From Basidiobolus meristosporus CBS 931.73 (lineage: Eukaryota; Fungi; Basidiobolomycota): 64,000 nucleotides of DNA. The notes beneath the pieces are model-generated. The model made no database searches, was not told the DNA's origin, and worked only from the letters and a program-made list of their open reading frames with translations. Location of the stretch: the NCBI GenBank assembly GCA_002104905.1, contig MCFE01000064.1, positions 1-64,000 on the forward strand, given 5' to 3'. Shown here piece by piece: positions 36,974-50,606 of the stretch. Each line of letters starts with the position of its first letter. Within the stretch, counting starts at the first letter, position 1. The position numbers and the translations under genes were made by a program.

Positions 36974-37987
36974 ATTGATTCGCAGGGGATTGTAACATCC
37001 ACCCCATTTCTGGCAATAGTTCATTCAACGTACTGGCTGAGGCTGTATCATATACACGTTCTCAGTATCAAGTATGGCTGCAGATAGGAGCAACGTTGCT
37101 GGTAACTGTGTATTTAGTCCGATTTCACGTAAGCCAGATTAGATTCATTGCTGATTAGATATTCCTGTTATCATATAAACTCTGACATTGCTCCAAGAAA
37201 TTCGTCCCACTCTGGGAAATCATCTGATGCCTGAATATGTCTTCCATACCACAGACTACTGCAAGATAATGTTGACCAGATAAGCGCAGCCAAATTTAGT
37301 GGTTATTGCCTACTATTTGGTTTCTTTCTTGCCACAGCAAGCTTCCTGGAGTAGAAGTGATGGAACCTGTCTTGTTACTACCATTTCTAAGTGATACATT
37401 TACCGTATATTGCGTGTGACCCATCGTTCCATGCTGCCCATATATAGCCACCATTCCTGCACACCAGCGTTCGCACATCTCACCATGGAGATCATATCTG
37501 GAAATGTTTCCTCGCTTCGCTTAATTTAATGATCAATGCTATTAATTTCCACTCCTTATTAAGCAACCGTTGTTGCGTCCTCCAACCAGCGATTGGTTGA
37601 TTCGGTTGGTGTCTATTCTTGATCAGTAAACTACAACGGATGAATGGAAAATAGGTCGCTGAAAGGTACACAACCGTGATCCAGCCTTAAGCTTATATGA
37701 GTGGCAAGCGCGCTGTGGGGTGAGTTGGTGCGTCTGTTCCCATAGGAGATCCGGTCACTGATCATTTTGTGCTCTGCTTTGAAACCCCAAGGGTGGTGCG
37801 GTGTTCACCGGTGCTCTTAAATACGGCCGATACTGTCTCCATACCACCTTTTTGTCGATTCTTGTATCCTCACGTTGGATATCTTTTTGAACATATAGTG
37901 GCAGTTGTTACGTTTCGCTCAGTGTGTTCCCGCTGTTATTCTCTCGCCCCGGATTACTTCGTTTGATTGCTGAATATATCTGAGCAT

Positions 37988-39291
37988 ATGGGTTGTTGTG
38001 TCAGCCACGAGGAGCACGACGAGCGTCGGAAAAATGATGAAATTGAGAACCAGCTGCGAAAAGAAAAAGTAGCACAGAGGAGCGAGATTAAAATGTTACT
38101 GCTTGGTAAGCGACCGAGTCAGCGTGCGTGGGCGGCGGCCGTTTAGCCAGAGTTAACGTGAATATTTTTAGGCGCCGGGGAGTCGGGGAAAAGTACCATC
38201 CTAAAGCAGATGAGGCTCATTCACCAAAATGGCTTTGATGAGGAGGAGCGCGAGACTTTCAAAGAAATCATATATTGCAACACGGTCCAATCGATGTATG
38301 TGATTCTGGAGGCCATGGAGAATATAGGTATACCGCTTGCCGACCCAGAGAATGCCGTTCACGCCTTGGTGATCCTTGAACATCCTCGGGTAGATGGCCG
38401 TACTCTACCAACCGATATAGCCGAAGCAATCAAGCACTTGTGGAAAGACGAGGGTGTGCGCGAATGCTTCAAGCGGTCAAGGGAGTTCCAGCTGAACGAC
38501 TCAGCTATATAGTAAGTGGTCTGGTAAAGAACCGATCAACGCGGCACATGTTAATCGTCAAGCCAGCTATTTCGACTCCATCGATAGAATCGCTAGTCCC
38601 GATTACAATCCCACAGACCAAGACGTTCTGCGGTCTCGGATCAAAACCACCGGAATCACTGAAACCATCTTCCACGTTGGCGAGTACACATATCGTATGC
38701 TGGACGTAGGTGGACAACGCTCGGAACGCAAAAAATGGATTCATTGCTTTGAGAACGTGACAACCATCATTTTCTTGGTAGCAATAAGTGAATACGACCA
38801 GGTTCTTATTGAGGATGCGTCGGTGGTAGGTGGCCTTCTAGGTTGTTTATTTTGTTTATTGTTGCTCATATCCTGTTTGTATGTAGAATAGAATGCAGGA
38901 GGCACTTACTCTATTCGAGTCCATCTGCAACTCCCGCTGGTTTACAAAAACCTCTATGATTCTTTTCCTCAACAAGATTGACCTTTTCAAAGCAAAGCTA
39001 GTCGTTTCACCGTTAAAGCAGTCTTTTCCTGAATACAGAGGTAGTTCTATATATTTATGTATCCTGGTGTATTCTTTGGTCGTTTTTACTCATGTGTCCC
39101 TAGGTGGAAATAACTATGAATCTGGGTGCGAGTACCTCAAGCAGAAATTCTTGGGTCTCAACCGGTCAAATTCCAAGCAGATTTATACCCACTTCACTTG
39201 CGCTACCGATACAAACCAGGTGCGCTTTGTTATGAATGCAGTCAACGACACCATAATACAAAATTGCCTACGCGATTGTGGATTATTATGA
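37988..39291 (+). CDS. Heterotrimeric G-protein alpha subunit, class I (Gi-like), multi-exon
   Basis: MGCC lipidation start, LLLG|[40 protein letters not shown] and C-terminal LRDCGLL. Confidence 0.95.
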
Positions 39292-39647
39292 AAGACCCCT
39301 TCCGCTCTATTACTAGCATCGATTTTGACCTTCACCAGCATTAATTGAATCAATAATACATTAATCTCCAAGTTCCGCTAAACCAGATGGTTTTCCATTA
39401 AACTACACCATTCGAAAACGTATTTCTCCAAAATATTATACCCAAAGAATAGTTTATAGTGTCATTGGTGATGATCCATTCAGCCATGTACAAAGCGGTG
39501 CTTCGGATGATTGGTCAAATGATCCAAGTAATCAAGGTTGGAGGGTAGTTTGTTTACATTAAACGTGGATAAAATCAATCAATTTCCAGAAGGTTGCTTT
39601 TATTGCTGGGAGTTTTATAGCTGAGGATTTCGGTCCTTCACACAGAC

Positions 39648-42184
39648 ATGACCACAGACACCTTGAGCTTGTTCACTCGCTTTTTGATATGGATTGGCTT
39701 GTACCAAACCCTCACTTGTTTCTACTGCAACACTGTACATATCTTTGGCGGATCTAACAAGAAAAGCCCTCATAACTGGTACTGTAATCGTTGCGATTCT
39801 CAGAATGTTACTGATGAGGTATTGTCTTGTTTTTCGTACCTAAAAATTCGGATGTTAACCACGCGTTTTGATGGTGCGCCTTGATTAGAAAGGAGAGATT
39901 GTCGATGACCTCCCTCAAATGCACTACAGCTCCATGAACAAGCATACTGGGAGCGCGAGAGGTATGTATGGTTCTGCGAGGATTTGTAACAACGCTAACG
40001 CGCTCCATAGTCAAAAATCCACTTCCTGAAAAAGAACAGACGTTCTGCAAAGATTGTATCACCAACCAAAACCTGGTCATATCTTTGCTGGGAAGTTATA
40101 TTCCTGCAGACAACGTAATCCTTATTCTTCACAAGTCCATGCGTCGAACGGTTTGCTGACCAAATCCCATCGTGTAGGATCCTGATTTCGAATATGCCAT
40201 GGCCACGTTCGACACGTATCGACAACGTATCGAGGCGAACTATCCCATGGTATGCTCCAAATGCGAAGAGAAAGTCGCGCAGGAATTAAGCCAAAAGAGC
40301 TATCAAATGAAAGCCCGGGTTTTCGGCGAGGCATTGAAAACCTCGAAACCTCACGAGATCCAAAAGGTTTTGACTCTTCGATTCCCCAACGTTCTTCGAT
40401 GGCTGGTATACACGCTGTTTTACTTGGCTGTAAACATGCCCACGCTAGTCTTTCTTGGCTTTGGTAAGATCGACTTGGGTGACTGTTATTGGATAATCCA
40501 GACTAATCAGAACCGTGCTTCTAGTTGTGGTATATCCCAATCTAGTGAACATCACGCCCTCTCCCGTGGATCCGGTAGAGAACTCGATCGTCGTTGATAA
40601 AATCGTGCTGGGGGAGCTTCCTTTCCACCAAGTGATCAAGATCTGCCTATGCTCTACTTGGTCAACAATCCAGTATCTTTGGGTGAATATCGTTCAAAAG
40701 CACCAAACCAATGACAATTGTGCACACCTGTTGATTGCCTGGCTCTTTGTATTTTCCGTCTTGGCCTTCATCTCGTCGTTCTACGATCCTACGATGTTCA
40801 AAAGAATGGTCAATTACAAGCGACAGCCCATCAACGTTGAGCTGTTCAAGGTAGGAAATGGATGGTTGACGGTTAGCTCAATGATACATACTAATGAACT
40901 CAGGATTATCACATGTTGCTCGGCATTTCGCGAGTGTGTTTAAGCTTGTTCTATCGGTTTGCTGGTGCGACGCCCGAAAGCATTCAACAATGGACTGGCG
41001 TTGCCCTGGTATTCAACGTAGTTACGATCCTGTTCACCTGGATCAAAGTTGAAACCAAGGACCCTATCCGTGTCCACCTTGGAAGTGGGATTATGGGAAC
41101 ACCAGTGGGCAAGAAAGTCACTTACGACTCTCCACGCGAGGCAGCCTCGGTGTCTCCAAAGCAAGCCCCGACTTCCGCCATTTCCAAGAACCAAGAACCC
41201 ATCAGGTCATCGTCAAATGGACCCCCAGGAATCAATGGCATCGCCTCCTCTCTCTCGTTGGGAGGCTCTTCTGTCAAACGGGCACCTCAAAACCCGTTCA
41301 TTATCCACCGCAATCGAATGGAGGCTATAAGAAGACGGGATCCAAAGTGCGATGATTCTGGGTCAGAAGGGGAGAACGAAAATACCCACATGGATCCCGA
41401 GAGCGATCACGACAACATGGACTGGGAGCCTAGTTCTAGAAACCAGAGATACAATAGGGCCAAATCTACCGTTTCCACTACCCACCATACATTTCAATCG
41501 GAATACGATCCCGAATTCGACGCTCAGCCGATCATTCGTCCACCCCGATTTCATTTACGGGAGCCGGATACGGGCCTTGAGGATCTAATGGCCAGCTCGC
41601 TACGCATTACTGAGAGCCATCCTTTGGTTCAGACCCTGAAGGAATTTGACCGTAAAGTGACACGCCAAGGACACTTGGTAAAGGGGTTGCTATTGCTTGT
41701 CTCTGGGATGTTCTTATTGTCATACACCAATCGACTCTGCCAGTTCTTATATATTGGCATGTGTGTGTTTACCTGCTTGAAGATGAGAGCGTACTATGGT
41801 TACTTGAAGGGTAACGCCACTAGAGCAGCTAACAGCTCCCGGATTGACATGAGTGCCAGTAAAAGGAGCCGGACAATACGGTACAGCAAATTGATACTAC
41901 TGCTTGTTCATCTTAGAGTATATGTATTTGTTATTCAAATAGTTCTTGTTGGGATACAAACACTGAGCTCCGATCACACTCAACCACTGATGCTCATGAA
42001 TATTGTGGAATCCATCGCTCGTGCGGATCTTTTGGCGACACCAGTACCTGACTTCCTCAGGTACATTCCTATAGACTACCTTCAAGCCGGAAACCTACCG
42101 CCCTTTTGCGTGTATCTCGTTACACATCCATTAGACACACTACTTGCATTGATCATCTTAGCTTTCCCCACAATCAACCATTGA
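39648..42184 (+). CDS. IMA1: Ima1/Samp1 (TMEM201)-like inner nuclear membrane protein, multi-exon
   Basis: Four N-terminal CxxC pairs (CFYC, CNRC, CKDC, CSKC) with YRQRIEANYPMVC, followed by transmembrane segments. Confidence 0.8.
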
Positions 42185-42249
42185 GCTTCCCTTACAAGTC
42201 AACACAGCCTGTAATGAAAGCCATTCTTTCGTTCTTAATATACAATATT

Positions 42250-42965
42250 TTAATTGAGGTTCGATTGGTTGCTTGCTGAAATGAAGTAAACTTCGCCATT
42301 GTTGATTAGAAGAGGGAAAATACAATTAGATACAAACCCGGAAGAGTATTCCTGGCTGCAAAGCGTAATAAACCTCCGAGAGCAAGCCTTCGAGGGGTCA
42401 TCAAGGTTGGAAGGTGGTAAGGCAAGGGATGGATACTTGGTAGGAAAAATCTGGTACTGTTTCAGTCAGGCTTTCTCGCTCCTCAACCATCTAGCTTTAC
42501 CATGGTGGCCACTTCCTTGGCCAAGTTGTTCACCTGCTTTTCAAGCTGTATTTTCTTCAGTATGGCCTCCAGACTGGCCCCTTTAAGCTTGGTCTTATTC
42601 AAGAGGTGTCGTCTAGAGAAATGACGTATGCCGGGTCTTCTCTTGAGTATCTATATGGGAAATTGGGTACTGCATGAGTTGACCAGAAGTGGTGAAGCAG
42701 AGAGATTCCAATCGATTACTCTGATAGTAGATCTTGGAGTTGGAGCTTTTTCCACCCCAAACCTATTCGAAACTTTCACTCTTTTGTGAAGGACACGAGG
42801 TTTTTTCGTCGGACAGGTTCTCATGTGTTTTGAGAAGTGCTCACTAAAGTAGGCAGAGTATGTACTTTCCATTCCAGAAAAGTGGGTAGGCTCTATATCG
42901 ATGAAGAATCCATCGAATTCCATTGAGGGTGGGAGTTGATTCGTCGAAAATGGTGGAGCAAACAT
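42250..42965 (-). CDS. Hypothetical 200-aa protein (3 exons: 42965-42720, 42650-42501, 42456-42250)
   Basis: Two GT-AG introns (69 and 44 nt), both phase 0, join three open segments without a stop; no recognisable domain. Confidence 0.5.
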
Positions 42966-43038
42966 CTTGGTTATGATACATTTTATTTATCGAAGAAAAC
43001 AACTCTATGAATGTCTATGGCGCAGTGATTGTTGTGAT

Positions 43039-44674
43039 TCACAAATCCGCAACATAATTACCTAACAAAATGGATTGGGTTAATGCTTGCAGGAATGGAT
43101 CCTCCACATACTTGCAAACTTACCTGGAAATAGTCCCACCACACCATGTAACCTTCCTTGCCACCAATCGTTCTGGCTGTCAGTACGTTCCAATACTTCA
43201 ATCTTGTCGTCTTTCCTGAAGCTAAGGTCCCCTTCTGATTGAGCCTCGAAGTCATACAGCGCTATAACGTATCCATTGCTAGGTGGTGCACTGGCTGCCG
43301 GCGGAACGCTTCGGCTGCTAGAGCTCATTGTGGGAGAGCGGGCGTATGGATTGGTGGCTGTTTGGTAGCCCCCTGCTTCAGGATAGCCCGAGTCTTGTAC
43401 GTGCGAATACGGCGGTGGGTATTCGTTCGAGCTACCGAACTGGGGAGATGATGGGTGCGTCGAGTAGGAGCTGCCGTATCTATTTTGAGCATGCAGGGCA
43501 CTGCTAACGGAAGAGGTCGCTAATAGCAAAGGTTAGGCCATGGCCTGTGCATGATACAAGTGGAGAGTGGTTACCGAGCATTTTGGCCCTGACAAAATTG
43601 GCCATTTCTTCGGCCAAAGCATCGCTGGGACCTCTCCGGGCCTCGTAGCCGGCAACAACCCCGACACTCATGTCAACCGCACCCGTACTGGTCAAGTCGT
43701 GCAGATGACTGTAGAGGAGGCTAAAGATCGAGCTCTGCAGGAAGTAGAATGCGTGAAAGCATGGTTTCACCAATTCCGTATTGAGCTGCGTGTACACTGG
43801 CAACTCGCGCTTCACCAAATCCGTGATTCCGAAATACTCGTTGCTGGCCTGTTCCAGGCTGCCCTCCAATTTGTAGATCTTCTTCTCGTCATCCAAGCTT
43901 CGGGTGTTTTTGTTCCGTAGTTTCTTCATGCTGTCCCGATGCCGATCGTAATCGATCCGCTTGTGGTCGCATTTCACGAGAAGCTTACGGATGTGTTTGT
44001 TCATGTCCATCAACTCCCGGGTGGGCGACACTACTCTGGAGTCGATCATATCCTATCCAAAGTACGTCCTTAGTTCTGAATGGCCGGAATCCATTTTGCC
44101 CAACACCACAACTTACCACTTCGGGTAGCACACTGTTCCTCAGCTCCTCCGAGAAATCGCGGAAGAATTCAGCGGTTTGGATCTTTTCCTTGGGAGTGGT
44201 GGGTCTCCGGGTGGAGGAGGGAGCTGCCTCTGGGTCTAGTGTATCACTGATAGGGTTATACAGGTCAACCAAGGAGTTTCCAAAGGAAGCCTGGGTATCA
44301 AGTAAAGCTTGTGTGGTTCGGTCAATGGACGGTCGTTGCAATTCCAGAGAAAGTGAGATAGCTTACAAACGATGGAATCTCGGTACTTGATCGCGTCCGC
44401 GTTGAGTCGAATCGCCGCTGCTTCAAGCTGGCTGAAATGGTCCACCAATCGCTTGAGTTCGGGGTCCACAGTTTCTAAAGGGCGTTTGTATTAGCGAGCG
44501 CATCCCTACAACTCCAAACCGCACCGAAGCTTTACCTTCAATACGCCCCACCTTCGACATCATTTGGGAAGGTAAACGCTCCACCGCCTTTTTAAATCCC
44601 TTCCTATATCCAAGACCCAGGTTACTATACCTACAACGCTATCCCGCTAAGCAAACAACCACATACCAACTCAT
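43039..44674 (-). CDS. RVS167: BAR-SH3 amphiphysin-like protein, multi-exon with an 8-nt first exon
   Basis: MSW|KGFKKAVERLP start, BAR helix KCDHKRIDYDRHRDS and SH3 ALYDFEAQSEGDLSFRKDDKIEVL...DWWQG...GLFPG|NYV. Confidence 0.9.
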
Positions 44675-47284
44675 GGTCTATTCAATAACTAGGTGATATT
44701 TCGTAAGTTCACGCAAGGGCGAACAAGTGTCTGAGGAGAGATAGGAAAATTCCCGTATCTTTGATAGGCAGCGATGGAACTTCCATGAACCTGGTCTAAC
44801 TACCTTCGTTCAGGGCATCCGGGAGATACCTCTACCCGAGTGCCACATCGATTACCGAATTGGCAATCATCTCTACAAATATCCAGTTTCGTCTTTCCAA
44901 TCGGTGCTTCATTCCTCGGATATCCACTCCGATTATTCTGCGTTGATCTATTACGGAACCGGCGTGACACGTGTCCCAATCGATCAGGGATTATCGAGCC
45001 AACCCATTCAGGTGGCTGCGGTGTTTCCATCCCCCAACCATAGCATTATCTCATGATATGGTGGATTCTGTAGCGGCAAAGATGAGTGCTACATGGTTGA
45101 ATTGGATATATACAACTACTTGCCATAGATTTTCAGAATCACATGAACATTTAGCTTTGCCATTGATGATTAATCCAAGAACTCGAACTGGAGCTCCTGC
45201 ATTAGTTGTAGAGACATCCCGTGCTATGGACTTGTTCAAAGTTATGTTCACACACTCTATGAGTATTAATAATCGGCCTGATGTGGCTCTAAGCAGCTAT
45301 TTCACGCATTATCCCAGTGTACATCGAAGCTATAGCATTGCCTAGCTTATTCAATCCATCAACATATCAGGTCTATAGCATCAAGCCTGTGTAAAAGGGG
45401 TTTGCGATTGTTGCAGAGAATTATTTTGGCACCTAATTATTCCTCTCTTAAACATAGTGCTTTTTAGTAATAATCTTAATTTAGACTGAATTTTGTATGA
45501 TGTCTACTAATTCTTAGAAATAGGGAAAATCTAAAGCAATGGAAGTTTCCAATGTCTTCTAAGGGACCCCAGACTTTGCACAAAACTTCCTGCAACTTTT
45601 CTCAAACCGTTTTAATCCTTTGGCGAAGCCAAATTTCTAATGCCATTTTCAACAGTAATAGCTATTGAGTAACAAGTAGAGTGTGCCATTACTAATTCTA
45701 TTCACCCAGACTTTTTGCTGGTATAACCCAGCAGAAAATTGTGATTGGAATTTTCTTGGGCTTATTAACAATCTTATGATGGGATTCCATCCCAAGTACA
45801 GTTATCATTTTTTTACTACTTATAGCTCTTCAGAAAGCTAGTAGTTGGACTGCATGCCTTGTATAGTGCATGTGATACCTATTCATTTATGCTTGAATCA
45901 ATTTTGAAATGTTATAGGCTCAGTTCAAGTGGAATTTCTGCTGATTTTCTGGTATTTTGAGGGTGTCCATCATGAATTTCCAGAAGTGAAGATTTACTAT
46001 TCATCCACACTGATTAACATTTCACTTGCCTTAAAATTCCATGCTCGTAGCTTGTGAGATAGTAAGCGGCCAGGTTTCATAATTTGAATAAAGAAATAAT
46101 GTGCGCAGGTATAAATCTTGCAAAGCAAATCAGTAGGCCAGGATCCGGTCATTCATATATTTGGATAGAGTGCTTTGTTTATTACGAAAATGATGTCTAT
46201 TCACATGGTATTAATTTAGTAAGATGCTTAATTCTTGACACAACACATATACTGAAAGTTACCAAAAATTCGAAACACATCCAAAAGTTTCACACTTTGT
46301 AACTACTGTCAAAACATTCCACAACACATTCTCGCCATCACTTTTACAAAGCACAAACACATATGTAAATACTTTATTTTAACTCAATAGGTGTACGTTT
46401 AAAAATATACTCTCTTCACTGCCAGGTTCCCACCGCGACTTTCAGCATCCTATTTATAGTAATATACTCAAATGTAGTCCCTGATCCTAATGTTGCGAGT
46501 TTAACTCAAGTTGGGGTATTAGAAATCTCCATGTGGCTTTCGGACGATATTTACGAAAAATTTCATATATTCTCATCTGTAAGGCATTGGATGTGGCTGC
46601 ACAAGGATTGTAAAAGAAAAGAGTATTCTAAGCAGAAGTTAATGTAGCTATAAATAAAGCTGCACTGTGTGCTGTGCCCGTGAAGAATGGTTAAGTCTAT
46701 TGCACGCAAACCAATATTGCTTATTTAATATGTCGGTTGAATTCAAAAATTTGTTATACTGTCAAAGGTGGATGATCACCAGGGTCTGGGGTATGTCAAG
46801 GAGTACAAGGAACACATCCATAGAGCGCTATTTCCATCCAAATCGTCATTGTCCCTACTAGTTTACCGGCGCTGATCTCGACACTAATCGGTATGACGTT
46901 CGAAGGTTAGTCCAACTTACCATGTGTAGATACTGATAATACTCCATTGATAAATGTCTTAGCAAGGGAAGGACTAGCTGTGCTATTTCCGCAACATCTG
47001 TTACACTCGTTGCTCTCAGTACTCCCAACCTGGGGCCTATTAGCCTATTCTCACCATTCGATTGTAACCACCATCCTAGACCATCCGAGAAATAGAAATA
47101 GGTTCAAAAGCCTAGAAGGGTCAAAGGATGGAAAATACAATTGGCATATATTCGAGATGGATGCCCCATTCTTGGCTACTAAGCCACCTATAAAGATCAC
47201 TGTGAATAAAAGCATACCTCCATCCCTTTCGAGTTTACCATCACCAGTCCAATCTTCTATTCTGCATTGCTACAATACGCTGCT

Positions 47285-47704
47285 ATGTTCATGTCTACTC
47301 TTCTTTCTCTTGCTATGGTGGGTGTCAGCTTCTCAGCTCCGTTTCCCTACATCTGTAAACCAAACGTGGAGATCGAGGGAACTAGGGTGACGAATGCTGG
47401 ATGCAGTATCAAACTCGAGCTGGCTATTTCCTCCGGAATTCTGAGCACAGTCAGCTCACTCGATGTCAAGTTGTACAAAGGCAACTCACCTCGTGGGATT
47501 CTGGTGCATCAGGTACAGACCAAAGGTACACAAGCCGGCCAAGGAAACGTGGAGATACTTTTCCCCGTCAGCAGTGAATACCTAGGAAATAATACGTTGA
47601 TTGTGACCGAGACATCGCGCAAACAAACACAATGCCCACGAGTGTATGGAACGCACGGGTTGCGGGTGCTTCCAGCTAGTGGTGATGTCATGTGTATATT
47701 TTAG
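47285..47704 (+). CDS. Secreted 139-aa 4-Cys array protein, subfamily A copy 1
   Basis: 420-bp intronless ORF; signal peptide ending SFS|AP; Cys at 24, 40, 117 and 137; homologous to the other nine copies. Confidence 0.88.
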   Translation: MFMSTLLSLAMVGVSFSAPFPYICKPNVEIEGTRVTNAGCSIKLELAISSGILSTVSSLDVKLYKGNSPRGILVHQVQTKGTQAGQGNVEILFPVSSEYLGNNTLIVTETSRKQTQCPRVYGTHGLRVLPASGDVMCIF

Positions 47705-49039
47705 GCAATCTGTAAGAAACATGACAGCAAGTAAAGTAATCACATCGGGCAGACATTATGAATAAACAAATTGACACCAGTTCTTTTAGCTCAAAAAGAT
47801 CTATAATCGTTATATCCCTGATACGAGGGTATGCGTGCACAGATAGCTCATATTAGAATTACCATTAATAGGAGGCTTTCTTATTGTATTCACTATACAT
47901 AGAGTTCCGCAGGTGTGAATATTGATACGGATATTGCTGCACCCTTAATAGTAGATGTAGGCCGCGAGTGTACTTATGAGGTTAAAGGTTGCTGACTGGT
48001 AGTATAAGTATCCACAGTCTGGGGACGGTTCACAGTCGTTTCAATATCTTTATTTAGGTACCGAAATATATCGGCGAATCAGCATAACAGTCAGGACTAC
48101 ATTTGACTTCAGGGTCAACAATAAGAAAAAGCCACAATCTATCCATGAATGATGTGAATGAAAAGTCCTGTGAAGCATACGATCATGAGAGCACTGAAGC
48201 TACATTCACTAACAGGTATTGGCCACACAGGTCAAGTCTGATGAAGATCATGTACCGATGCACACAAACGATTATATGCTAGAGGTACTCAACGATCAAT
48301 AAATATCGTTCCCTTGCCATGCTTCAGATGGTTCTACGAGTATATTGCAGTCCTGGATCAAAGGCGAATGGAGTGACAAATGTATGCGTGGGATATCCCA
48401 ATAATGTGGCATTGCTGGTGGTGTAGCTAGCTTTGTATTCCCTGGCGTAGATGCCAGCAATCCAGGTTCTTTGGAGGCATGTCAATAACTAATCCTGGAA
48501 ATAGGACACTACAGGTGTTGAGTATTGACGTTGACATCGCTACACCCTGCATAGGGTGCATAGATCGCTAGCACCCTTACAAGGTTAGAGGTTGCAGGTT
48601 GGTGGTACAAGTATCCACAATCTGGGGTCGACTCACGGTTGATTCAGGATGTAAATTGAGGCATCGAAAAATATTAACAAACCAGAACCACAGTCAAGAC
48701 CACATTTAACTTGAGGGCCAACATCTGATGCTGATCAACTGCTTGATCGGTTCTGTGGCTTAGAATCATCCGGACATCTGGCAGGCTTAGTGAGTGACTA
48801 CAGTAAGTACATCGGTTCTCGACTCTACCATGCCTTTGCTCGCACAAGCAACCAGTTACTGGCCATCAACGACGAGATTGCCCATCTCTTGGGGACAGTA
48901 AGCGGATATTCCAGAGAGCCTTAGAGGCTCAAGTGGAACATGGTGAGACATTGATGGAATAATGAAGGAATGGAAAGAGATGCCAGGGTCAGATAGATTC
49001 TATTGCGCAATACTACTCGACCACCTGTATTTTGTAAAT

Positions 49040-49047
49040 TATAAAAG
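49040..49047 (+). promoter_or_regulatory. TATA box (TATAAAAG) conserved upstream of array genes; representative copy
   Basis: TATAAAAG lies ~75-80 bp upstream of the ATG in the B, C, D and E copies; A copies have tataaag and aataaaag instead. Confidence 0.7.
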
Positions 49048-49119
49048 CACATTCCACTTCCACCTATTTGGACAAGGAACACCACTTGCATCGTTATCCC
49101 ATTACAACTGAATCTCCAA

Positions 49120-49539
49120 ATGTACGTATCAACACTACTCTCCTTAGTGATGGTTGGTGCAACCCTCTCCGCTCCACTTCCCAAGGTATGCAAGCCAAAC
49201 GTAGTGACTGAGGGGCCTAGCACGATCAACGCAGGATGTAAGATGAGGCTACAGCTTACTTTCCCTGCTCACTCTCTGAGTGCAGTGAGCACACTGAATG
49301 TGAGGTTCTATCAGGAGAATTCTCGTCATGGAACTCTGGTGCACCAAGTGAAAGCTAAGGAGGTGAAAAGCGACCAAGCGACCATTGAAGCCATGTTCCC
49401 AGTCGGGGGGAATTACTTGGGAAATGGAACATTGATAGTTACCGAAGCAGCTAGCAGGAATATCAAGTGCCCAGCAATATATGGCATTCATGAATTATCC
49501 ATACTTCCTAGTATCCCTGATGTGATGTGCACTTTTTAA
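49120..49539 (+). CDS. Secreted 139-aa 4-Cys array protein, subfamily B copy 1
   Basis: 420-bp ORF MYVSTLLSLVMVGATLS|APLPKVCK...DVMCTF. Confidence 0.9.
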   Translation: MYVSTLLSLVMVGATLSAPLPKVCKPNVVTEGPSTINAGCKMRLQLTFPAHSLSAVSTLNVRFYQENSRHGTLVHQVKAKEVKSDQATIEAMFPVGGNYLGNGTLIVTEAASRNIKCPAIYGIHELSILPSIPDVMCTF

Positions 49540-50186
49540 CAACGAATCGACATACCATGAATGGTCAAACATTAGAATCTCCCAAAGATCAATAAATAGC
49601 ATCATTTTGCTGCTCCCGAAGTTGGAGCGAAGATAATATCTTGTAGGGAATAGTAGATATTTTGAGTGACAGTTGTGTGAGAACATCATCAAGAAACGTA
49701 GCATTATAGATCTTCCAGTTAATGGATCATCCACTTGCAAATGAGTCAATACCGGTGCAGTTATCGTCAAATACGAATTACCTATTGATTTTGCAACAGT
49801 TTTTTCTGCGCATGCAAAAATTCCCACTCCAGAAACATGTCTCTTAGATTCGAGTGTAGATAGAATTGAGGGTACACATGAGTTGAAATTAAGCTCTGAT
49901 TTTTTTTACCCCATGTGCAGTATTTTAATTGCTGAATGCGTAGCGTGTTGAGCACATGGTGTCCAGGACTCACAGGAAGTCGAATTGTCGAATAGTATGT
50001 ATCAGTATATTCACTTTGGGGACAGTTTCAAAGCGAGGTGTATAACGAATACAAACTTTATTAGTCGTAAAATGAGTTACGCGCATATAGCCGCACCTGA
50101 TATTGATCACTATAAAAGTATGCTCTCACCTCGCACTATCTCATCACAAGCAACGCTTTCAACTGAACCTTTTCAACAATTCAGAA

Positions 50187-50606
50187 ATGATCGTGACCTC
50201 TCTAGTCGCTCTTGCCATGGTGGGCTCCACCCTCGCGGCTCCATTGCCCAAGATATGTAAGCAGAACGTGGCACTCCAGGCACCCAAGGAGATCCAAGCT
50301 GGATGCAGCATGAGACTTCGAATCTCCATTCCTGCTCATGTACTGAGCACCGTTGAGTCGCTGGATGTGAAGCTCTACCCTGGAAAATCTCACCATGGAG
50401 CTTTGGTGCACCAAATTCAGACGAAGGATATCCTCAGCAACCAGGAGAATATCGACATGATGTTCCCAGTGACCAGTAAATTCTTAGGAAGCAATACGTT
50501 GCTACTCACCGAAACATCCCATAGTGGAATGGGTTGTCCAACAATCTATGGGGCACAGGGGCTGCTTGTTCTCCCAAGGAAAGCTGATGTGATGTGCACC
50601 TTCTAA
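50187..50606 (+). CDS. Secreted 139-aa 4-Cys array protein, subfamily C copy 1
   Basis: 420-bp ORF MIVTSLVALAMVGSTLA|APLPKICK...DVMCTF. Confidence 0.9.
   Translation: MIVTSLVALAMVGSTLAAPLPKICKQNVALQAPKEIQAGCSMRLRISIPAHVLSTVESLDVKLYPGKSHHGALVHQIQTKDILSNQENIDMMFPVTSKFLGSNTLLLTETSHSGMGCPTIYGAQGLLVLPRKADVMCTF

Larger units (their letters stand above)
48245..50521 (+). repeat. ~2.3-kb segmental duplication, copy 1 (partner 56976-59259), carrying genes B and C
   Basis: Near-identical to 56976-59259 from agatcatgtaccgatg onward, with only scattered SNPs and small indels. Confidence 0.93.

Noticed and set aside
47690-47704. C-terminal MC-x-F/L of the array proteins as a CaaX prenylation signal
   Set aside because: Only two residues follow the Cys (CaaX needs three), and the proteins carry signal peptides
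48009-48016. TATCCACA resembling a bacterial DnaA box
   Set aside because: Eukaryotic context; it is part of a longer duplicated spacer motif, not a clustered oriC-like arrangement
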